From Pseudomonadota bacterium (GTDB lineage Bacteria; Pseudomonadota; Alphaproteobacteria; Sphingomonadales; Sphingomonadaceae), in the NCBI GenBank assembly GCA_039804665.1, contig JBDLVU010000001.1, positions 11,648-75,647 on the forward strand: a stretch of 64,000 nucleotides of DNA, read 5' to 3'. Each line of letters begins with the position of its first letter. The first letter of the stretch is position 1. Positions 57,427 through 64,000 of this stretch are shown one piece after another. The notes beneath the pieces are model-generated. The model was not told the DNA's origin. It saw only the letters and a list, made by a program, of their open reading frames with translations, and searched no databases. Both the position numbers and the translations under genes were made by a program.

Positions 57427-57912
57427 ATGCCAGCGAGTGATATGACGCAGTCGTTCAACTTCGACGCTACCGACGTGAATATCGTCGCGCAACTTCGGCT
57501 TAATGGCCGCGCCAACAACCAGCAAATTGCTGAAAAGCTTGGTCTTACCGCTACCACGGTATCCACCCGGATCAAACGGATGGAGGACGCGAACCAGTTG
57601 CGCGTTGTCGCCGTTTCGGACTTTGCGGCGCACGGCTTCAACTTCCTGCTGCGCGTTGCGGTCGAAGTGGATGGCCGTCCCGCGTCCGAAGTGGCGCAGG
57701 AACTGGCCGAATTGCCGCAGGTTTTCGCCGCGCATCTCGTCACCGGCCGATACGATATCGATATGCTGGTAGCGCTTCAGGACTTCGACGACCTTTCCAC
57801 GCTGCTGGACAAGCTCTCCACCGTGCGCGGCATCCGGTCGCTGACGCCCGCGATCGTCGTCGACATCATCAAGTACAAGTTCGACGTCGCCCCGATCGAA
57901 GGCAGGGACTGA
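57427..57912 (+). CDS. Lrp/AsnC family transcriptional regulator
   Basis: D..D..I...LR.NGR.....IAEKLGLT..TV..RIKRME, VTGRYD. Confidence 0.85.
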   Translation: MPASDMTQSFNFDATDVNIVAQLRLNGRANNQQIAEKLGLTATTVSTRIKRMEDANQLRVVAVSDFAAHGFNFLLRVAVEVDGRPASEVAQELAELPQVFAAHLVTGRYDIDMLVALQDFDDLSTLLDKLSTVRGIRSLTPAIVVDIIKYKFDVAPIEGRD

Positions 57913-57917
57913 TCACG

Positions 57918-58406
57918 ATGCCCACTCCCGTTCTCGACGCGCTGGACCACCAGCTCATCGACCTGCTCTCGCGCGATGCGCGCGTCTCCAACCGCAAGAT
58001 CGCGGCCGAACTGGGCGTTACCGAAGGTACCGTGCGCGGGCGCATCAAGCGACTGCAACAGGATGGCCTGATCGCCTTCACTGCGGTCACCGGGTTCGAC
58101 ATGGCGCGCAAGTCGCGGCTGGCATTCATCAACGTTCAGGCCGATGTCGACAAGGTGCGCGAGGTCGCCAACATCATCAGCGAGCTGCCGCAGATCAACG
58201 CGGTGCTGGTCACGATGGGCCAATTCAACATCACCGCGATGTGCCTGATCGAGGAACTCGACGCACTGGTGGAAATCGCCTCGGATCAGATCCTCAGCAT
58301 CACCGGAGTCCATCACGTCGAAACGTCGATCGCGGTCAAGACGATGAAGTACAACGCCCGCATGGCCAAGATCACCCCGCAAGAGGCGATCGACGAAGAG
58401 GACTGA
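57918..58406 (+). CDS. Lrp/AsnC family transcriptional regulator
   Basis: LD.LD..LI.LL.RDARVSNRKIAAELGVTEGTVRGRIKRL, GV..VETSI. Confidence 0.9.
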   Translation: MPTPVLDALDHQLIDLLSRDARVSNRKIAAELGVTEGTVRGRIKRLQQDGLIAFTAVTGFDMARKSRLAFINVQADVDKVREVANIISELPQINAVLVTMGQFNITAMCLIEELDALVEIASDQILSITGVHHVETSIAVKTMKYNARMAKITPQEAIDEED

Positions 58407-58483
58407 TCGTTTTTGCACGCACGCCGTGCAGAACGCAGAATCAAGCCGGATTCCAACCAAAAACCGTCACCCATGTTTGCATT

Positions 58484-58513
58484 TGCGTAATTTAATAGAT
58501 AAAATATAACGCA
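58484..58513. promoter_or_regulatory. 30-bp palindromic operator (most AT-rich copy)
   Basis: ATTTGCGT-AATTTAATAGATAAAATATA-ACGCAAAT, extended 8-bp arms. Confidence 0.75.
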
Positions 58514-58564
58514 AATTGCAATATGGTTCGGCAAGCGCCGAGCCGTGGGAGAGGATGGAATCCG

Positions 58565-59356
58565 ATGAAACTCCAGCTTGAAGGTCGTACCGCGCTCGTC
58601 ACCGGGGGCGGGCAGGGCGTCGGACAGGGCATCGCCCGCGCACTGGCCAAGGCCGGCGCAGACGTGGTCGTAGCCCAGCGCCGGATCGAGGAAGCCGAAC
58701 GCGAAGCCGCCCACCTGCGCGACACGTACGGCGTCCGCGCAATTGCACTTGGCGTCGACGTGACCGATGCCGCCGCCGTGGATGCAATGGTCGCCCGCAC
58801 CGTGGAGCAGGTTGGCCGGCTGGACATCCTCGTCAACAATGCCGGCGGCAGCTTTCCCAAGCGGCTGGAAAACCATACCGACGCCGACATGGCCGGGTCG
58901 TTCAACCTCAACTACTGGTCGGCGTTCCGCGCGATGCGCGCCGCCTTCCCGGTGATGAAGGCGCAAGGCTACGGCCGCATCATCAACCTCGGCTCGCTCA
59001 ACGGCGTCAACGCGCACATGTTCACCGCCGCATACAACGCAGGCAAGGAAGCGATCCGCGCGCTCACCCGCACGGCCGCGGTCGAATGGGGCGGGCACGG
59101 CATCACCTGCAACGTGATCTGCCCCTCGGCGCTGAGCCCGCAGGCCAAGGATTATTTCGACGCCAATCCCGAAATGGCCAGCGCCATCCTGGGCCAGGTT
59201 CCCGTCGGCCGTTTTGGCGATGCGACGCAGGACATAGGGCCGGTGGCGGTCTTCCTCGCCAGCGAAGGCAGTGCATACATGACCGGCAACACGCTTTACG
59301 TGGATGGCGGCGGGCACATCAACGGCGTCGCGTGGCGCCCCGACGTGGAGGACTGA
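58565..59356 (+). CDS. SDR, paralog of 30869 (hydroxysteroid dehydrogenase-like)
   Basis: TGGGQGVG, NNAG, YNAGKEAIRALTRTAAVEWG, DIGPVAVFL. Confidence 0.85.
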   Translation: MKLQLEGRTALVTGGGQGVGQGIARALAKAGADVVVAQRRIEEAEREAAHLRDTYGVRAIALGVDVTDAAAVDAMVARTVEQVGRLDILVNNAGGSFPKRLENHTDADMAGSFNLNYWSAFRAMRAAFPVMKAQGYGRIINLGSLNGVNAHMFTAAYNAGKEAIRALTRTAAVEWGGHGITCNVICPSALSPQAKDYFDANPEMASAILGQVPVGRFGDATQDIGPVAVFLASEGSAYMTGNTLYVDGGGHINGVAWRPDVED

Positions 59357-59361
59357 TCGCC

Positions 59362-60171
59362 ATGACCGCATTCCCGGAAAGACTGCGTGGCAAGCGCGCG
59401 GTGGTCACTGGCGGCGCCCAGGGCATCGGCGCGGCCATCGCCCGCCGCCTTGCCGCCGAAGGCGCGATCGTCGCCATTCTCGATCTCGATGCCGCGCGGG
59501 CGAGCGCGGTGCTCGATGCGCCGCACATCGGCGTGGCCTGCGACGTTACCAGCACCGCCTCGGTCGATGCCGCGTTCGCGCACGTGGCCGCCGCGCTGGG
59601 CGGGATCGATGTGCTCGTCAACAACGCCGGCATCGGCAGCGCGGCGGGCGATGGCATGGACAAGTACTATGCGGCGCAGGCGGCCCACGCCTCGGACCCT
59701 TCCGTGCCGGTGGACCAGACCCTGCATTGCGAAGATGCCGGATGGTCGCGCGTCCTCGACGTCACCCTCAACGGCGCCTTCCGGTGCAGCCGCGCCGCGG
59801 TGCGCCAGATGGCGGCGCAAGGGACCGGCGGGGCGATCGTCAACATCGGCTCCACCGCCGCCGTGGCGGGCAACGGCCCGGTTCCCTATTGCACCGCCAA
59901 GGCCGCTATCCTGGGCATGACCCGTGCCATGGCGGTCGAACTTGCGCCGCGCGGCATCCGGGTCAACGCGGTGAATCCCGGCGCGACCGAGACCCCGATC
60001 TATGCCCCCTTGCCGCAAGAGGTGAAGGACGCAGTGGCGGCAGACAGCCTGCTCAAGCGCCTTGCCAGCCCCGATGAAGTGGCGGGCGCGGTCGCCTTTC
60101 TCGCGGGCGAAGACGCCAGTTTCGCCACCGGCAGCACCGTCACCGTCAACGGCGGCGCCTACTTCACCTGA
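59362..60171 (+). CDS. SDR family oxidoreductase
   Basis: TGGAQGIG, NNAG, YCTAK. Confidence 0.9.
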   Translation: MTAFPERLRGKRAVVTGGAQGIGAAIARRLAAEGAIVAILDLDAARASAVLDAPHIGVACDVTSTASVDAAFAHVAAALGGIDVLVNNAGIGSAAGDGMDKYYAAQAAHASDPSVPVDQTLHCEDAGWSRVLDVTLNGAFRCSRAAVRQMAAQGTGGAIVNIGSTAAVAGNGPVPYCTAKAAILGMTRAMAVELAPRGIRVNAVNPGATETPIYAPLPQEVKDAVAADSLLKRLASPDEVAGAVAFLAGEDASFATGSTVTVNGGAYFT

Positions 60172-60207
60172 TCCGGCACGGCGCGCGCAACCTTGCCGCT
60201 CCCCCCC

Positions 60208-60238
60208 CCGCCGCCGCCCGCACCCCGGGCGGCGGCGG
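60208..60238 (+). terminator. Probable terminator hairpin
   Basis: CCGCCGCCGCCCG-N5-CGGGCGGCGGCGG followed by TCTGCTTT. Confidence 0.55.
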
Positions 60239-60332
60239 TCTGCTTTCCGCCCCCTGCACCCTCCGCAGAATGCAGATTTTATACGAGACATTAGGCCATT
60301 TGGCACCAAAAAATCTCTGATTTAAACACGAT

Positions 60333-60362
60333 TGCGTATTTGTAATTGACTAAATTTACGCA
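60333..60362. promoter_or_regulatory. 30-bp palindromic operator upstream of the TonB receptor gene
   Basis: TGCGTA-TTTGTAATTGACTAAATT-TACGCA. Confidence 0.75.
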
Positions 60363-60401
60363 TTCCCTATGTGTCGCGCACAACCATGTGGGGAGGTATT
60401 G

Positions 60402-63011
60402 ATGCAAGGTCCGTTTTACCCGAAGGCCCTGATGCGCCTGATGATCGGCGCCAGCACGCTTGTGCTGGCCTGTCCCGCGCTCGCCCAACAGGCGAAGCCC
60501 GACGCCGCCGAGGGAACCAAGCTCGACGAAATCGTCGTCACCGCGCAGAAGCGTGAACAGAACCTTCAGGTCGTGCCGGTCGCCATCAGCGCGATCAACG
60601 CCGACAAGGTTGCGAAGCTCGGCATCAACGATGCGCGCGACCTGTCCGGCCTCGCGCCCAACGTCACCATCGTGCAGGGCACCACCAGCAGCAACGCGGC
60701 GGTCATCTCGATCCGCGGCATTCCCACGCCCGCCAGCGAAACGTTCGGCCTCGACACCGCCAACGGCCTCTATGTCGATGGCATCTACATCGCGCGTTCG
60801 GGCGCCAGCGCGCTTGACGTGATGGACATCGAACGCGTCGAAGTGCTGCGCGGACCGCAGGGCACGCTGTTCGGCCGTAACACCACCGGCGGCGCCATCG
60901 CCTTCATCTCACGCGCGCCGTCAAAGGAATTCCGGCTCAAGGCCGAAGCCGGCTATGGCAACTACGCCGCCTGGAATGGCAAGATCACGCTCGATCCGGG
61001 CGAGATCGGGGGCATTGCCACCAGCTTCACCTACAGCCACCGCGAACGCCACGGCATCGTGGACAACATCAACCAGCCCGACGACGCCAAGGACCCCGGC
61101 GCCCGCAAATCGGACGCGGTCCGCGCAGCGGCCAGGGCCGATCTCGGCGCGACCGGGTCGATCCAGTACATCTTCGACTGGAGCCGAACCGCCGCCACGC
61201 CCACCAACTTCCAGCTGACCAATACCGCCGATGGCAGCTATCGCGCGCCGCTCGTCGTCGATGGCGAACCCGTGGTGATGACCCAGCAGGCGCCGGTGTC
61301 GCAATACCTTGCCGGCGTGACCTTCCTCGATCCCGCCTGCGCCGCACTGGCCGCCCCCACGCGCGTGTGGCGCAACCGCGTGTGCAACGACATCACCAAC
61401 ACCGCGGTGGACAAGACCTGGGGCCACAATCTTCAGATCCAGAACGACTTTGGCCCGTTCAAGGTGAAATCCACCACCGGGCTCCGGTTCTGGAACAGCG
61501 ACAGCAATGCCGACCTTGACGGCATCGGTGCTTTCACCGGGCCGGCCTTCACGCGGACTTCGCTGTTCAACGGCTTCTCGCAGGCCCTGCTCCAGAACCT
61601 GGGCCTGCCCGGCGCGACGGCGGGCTATCTCGCGGGCCTTTCCGTGCCCACCGTTCAGCAGAACCTGTTCGACACCAACAACCGGCGCCGCCACAAGCAG
61701 TTCAGCCAGGAACTGGAATTCTCGGGCCAGAGCGACACGCTCGACTGGGTGCTGGGCGGCTTCTACTTCTGGGAAAAGGGCTCTGAGGACAACCCGCAGA
61801 ACAGCGGCTACATCCTCGACACCAATGCCGCGGTATTCAGCAACGCGGCCTTTGTCGGCGTGCTGCAAGGCCTAGGCTTCCCCGCCGATCTTGCCAGCGC
61901 CTATGCGCCGCTGCTCGCACCCGCATTCCGCGCCACCAACCCGGCACAATACCGCATGGTCCAGACCAACGCGATCCTGCGCTACACCGCGCGCAGCGAA
62001 AGCGAAGCGGTCTATGGCCAGGCGACCTTCTATCCCGGCGGTCGGGACAGCGGCATCCGCCTGACCGCAGGTGGACGCTACACCTGGGACAGCAAGTCGA
62101 TGGAACGCGTCCAGAACGGCGCGGCGCCGCTCGCGCTCGCGGAAACGGGCAGCGCGAAGTTCCACAAGTTCACCTGGAACCTGATGCTGGGCTATGACAT
62201 CCAGCCCGGCATCAACGCCTATGCACGCATCGCCACCGGCTATCGTTCGGGCGGGTTCAACGCGCAGGACGCCGTGATTGGCGGCACCACGACGTTGCCG
62301 TTCTTCCGCCCTGAAAGCGTCACGTCCTATGAAGTCGGCGTGAAGACCGAGTTGCTCGATCGCCGCCTGCGCTTCAACCTTGCCGGCTACTACAACGAAT
62401 ACAAGGACCTGGCAGTCAACGTCCCGCTTACCGACGCCCCGGCGGGCACGTTCGCCACGCGCGTCGGCAATGCCGGCAAGGTCACCTACACCGGCTTCGA
62501 AGCCGAACTTCAGGCCGTGCTGACCGATAACTTCAGCGTCGAAGGCAACCTTGGTTACGTCGATGTGAAGTACAAGCAGTTCATGGCCGGGCAATCGACC
62601 ACGCCGGGCAATCCGCCGGTCAACATCGCTTCGGTGGTGACGCCGGGCTACACTTCGCCGTTGACGGCCAACGCCGCGCTCAACGCGCAATTCCCGATTG
62701 GCGACAAGGGGATGCGCGTCGTAGGCCGGGTCAGCTATACCTACGAGGACGGCAAGTACAGCTTCAGCACCACCATCTCCTCGCCCTATAACGACGCGCT
62801 CAGGGGCGACAATCGCAACATCGTGGATGCCCAGATCGGGCTGGAGCGCATCCCGCTTGCCGGGGCCGAAGGCATGGCCCGCCTGTGGGTAAAGAACCTG
62901 ACCAACCGCCACGACTTCGTGCGCGGGATCGACTTTGGCCAGCTCGGATACGCCGGCGGCTACTTTGCCGATCCGCGCACCTATGGCGTCACGGTCGGCG
63001 TGAAGTTCTGA
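60402..63011 (+). CDS. TonB-dependent receptor
   Basis: Signal peptide, DEIVVTAQKRE, VEVLRGPQGTLFGRN, C-terminal PRTYGVTVGVKF. Confidence 0.95.
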   Translation: MQGPFYPKALMRLMIGASTLVLACPALAQQAKPDAAEGTKLDEIVVTAQKREQNLQVVPVAISAINADKVAKLGINDARDLSGLAPNVTIVQGTTSSNAAVISIRGIPTPASETFGLDTANGLYVDGIYIARSGASALDVMDIERVEVLRGPQGTLFGRNTTGGAIAFISRAPSKEFRLKAEAGYGNYAAWNGKITLDPGEIGGIATSFTYSHRERHGIVDNINQPDDAKDPGARKSDAVRAAARADLGATGSIQYIFDWSRTAATPTNFQLTNTADGSYRAPLVVDGEPVVMTQQAPVSQYLAGVTFLDPACAALAAPTRVWRNRVCNDITNTAVDKTWGHNLQIQNDFGPFKVKSTTGLRFWNSDSNADLDGIGAFTGPAFTRTSLFNGFSQALLQNLGLPGATAGYLAGLSVPTVQQNLFDTNNRRRHKQFSQELEFSGQSDTLDWVLGGFYFWEKGSEDNPQNSGYILDTNAAVFSNAAFVGVLQGLGFPADLASAYAPLLAPAFRATNPAQYRMVQTNAILRYTARSESEAVYGQATFYPGGRDSGIRLTAGGRYTWDSKSMERVQNGAAPLALAETGSAKFHKFTWNLMLGYDIQPGINAYARIATGYRSGGFNAQDAVIGGTTTLPFFRPESVTSYEVGVKTELLDRRLRFNLAGYYNEYKDLAVNVPLTDAPAGTFATRVGNAGKVTYTGFEAELQAVLTDNFSVEGNLGYVDVKYKQFMAGQSTTPGNPPVNIASVVTPGYTSPLTANAALNAQFPIGDKGMRVVGRVSYTYEDGKYSFSTTISSPYNDALRGDNRNIVDAQIGLERIPLAGAEGMARLWVKNLTNRHDFVRGIDFGQLGYAGGYFADPRTYGVTVGVKF

Positions 63012-63018
63012 CACATGC

Positions 63019-63046
63019 GGCGGCGGGGGCAAACGCCCCCGCCGCC
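63019..63046. terminator. Likely bidirectional terminator
   Basis: Perfect 12-bp stem GGCGGCGGGGGC-AAAC-GCCCCCGCCGCC. Confidence 0.65.
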
Positions 63047-63069
63047 AGCGCATCAGCATCTGAACGTCT

Positions 63070-64000
63070 TTACAGGAACATGTCCGCGTTATCCGCGCCC
63101 ATCAGCATTCCGGCATAGTTGCGCGCAAAACCGACCGGATTGTTGGCCACGTGCGCCCGCGCCATGCGCACATCGTGCCACAGGTCCTGCATGGCGTTGC
63201 CGGTGAACACCGAACGCCCGCCGGCAATGTCCATCAGCAGGTCCATCGCCTCGATGCAGCGATCGCCCACAAGGCTCGCCTGATAGCGATAGCGGGACCG
63301 GTGCAGCAGGTCCGGCTTCCACCCCGCCGCTTCCATTTCGTCATAGGCGCGCACCATCACCGCCGCCGCTTCCTCGGCAAGGTTGGATGCGCGCGCGATG
63401 CGGTCCAGCACGTCGGCGTCGGTCGTGCTCTTGGCCATGTCGGTGGTGCCCAGTCCCACGCGGTCGCGCATCAGCGCCAGCGCATGGCGCACCGCGCCGA
63501 TCGCACTGGTGTTGACCACGCGCACGAACACTTGCGCCCACGGCAGGTCATAAATCCCCGGCCCCTGGAAATGCACACCGTTGAAGCCATCGACCTGACG
63601 ATGGGTTCGATGATCGGGCACGAACACCGGCGCGTCGATGACGATGTCGTTCGATCCGGTCCCCTGAAGCCCCATGGTGAACCACGTGTCCTCGATCCGG
63701 TAATCGGGCAGCGGCACCAGGAACGTCCGATACCCTTCGCCCGGGATCACGCCGCCCAGCAGCACCCAGTTGCAGTGCAGGCATCCGCTCGACCAGCCCC
63801 AGCGGCCCGACAGCATCACGCCGCCGTCGACCTTCTCCGCTTTCGCCCCCACCGGGTTGTACGAACTGGAAATCATCGCATCCGGCCCATGCGCAAACAC
63901 TTCCGCCTGCGCGCGCGGGTCCATCATCGCGATCTGGTAATTGTGCACCGCCACAATGCCCATGGCCCACGCCGTGCTCATGTCGCGTTCGGCGATGGCA
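63070..64000 (-). CDS. Second HsaA/TesA-like flavin-dependent monooxygenase; N-terminus lies beyond the window
   Basis: VAVHNYQIA, ISSSY, WGWSSGC.HC.W, GL.GTGS, ARAHVANNP; paralog of 38315-39508. Confidence 0.8.
   Translation of the reverse strand, partial: AIAERDMSTAWAMGIVAVHNYQIAMMDPRAQAEVFAHGPDAMISSSYNPVGAKAEKVDGGVMLSGRWGWSSGCLHCNWVLLGGVIPGEGYRTFLVPLPDYRIEDTWFTMGLQGTGSNDIVIDAPVFVPDHRTHRQVDGFNGVHFQGPGIYDLPWAQVFVRVVNTSAIGAVRHALALMRDRVGLGTTDMAKSTTDADVLDRIARASNLAEEAAAVMVRAYDEMEAAGWKPDLLHRSRYRYQASLVGDRCIEAMDLLMDIAGGRSVFTGNAMQDLWHDVRMARAHVANNPVGFARNYAGMLMGADNADMFL

Noticed and set aside
60201-60209. Poly-C tract as a phase-variation site
   Set aside because: It is intergenic, next to a terminator stem, and not in a promoter spacer or CDS.
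20791-63046. GC-rich hairpins as a REP/MITE family or CRISPR repeats
   Set aside because: They are isolated, mostly differ in sequence, sit at gene ends like terminators and have no spacers, cas genes or transposase.
2395-63059. Many long antisense or alternate-frame ORFs (e.g. 2395-3681, 6963-8492, 18983-20488, 44852-46432, 52181-53818)
   Set aside because: They shadow well-supported genes, lack motifs and are expected in high-GC DNA.

Overview
GC-rich, gene-dense window, inferred to come from a sphingomonad (Novosphingobium/Sphingobium-like), that is almost entirely a steroid/bile-acid catabolic region of about 60 CDS. Recognisable 9,10-seco pathway genes are present: 3alpha-HSD, ketosteroid isomerase, KstD, two KshA-like Rieske oxygenases, two HsaA/TesA1-like monooxygenases and HsaC/TesB. 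Around them sits a large peripheral toolkit: 12 classical SDRs, 5 NTF2-fold proteins, 2 BVMO-type enzymes, 2 OYE-family enzymes, a CYP51-like P450 with ferredoxin, a sulfotransferase/DUF1214 operon and 2 TonB-dependent receptors. No RNA genes, CRISPR arrays or mobile elements were seen. Two signals stand out. (1) Four paralogous Coq4-like HDxxH-x11-E metalloproteins share a distinctive N-terminal motif and sit in catabolic operons; two are paired with D-aminoacylase-type amidohydrolases and one with an AtuA-family gene. (2) A long 30-bp palindrome (TGCG-N22-CGCA with an AT-rich spacer) occurs 13 times in front of most transcription units, suggesting a master regulon possibly read by the tandem Lrp/AsnC pair. 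Operons lacking it carry their own TetR- or LuxR-type palindromes. Protein calls come from motif recognition and remembered family sequences, not database searches; start codons were chosen by RBS and gene overlap.
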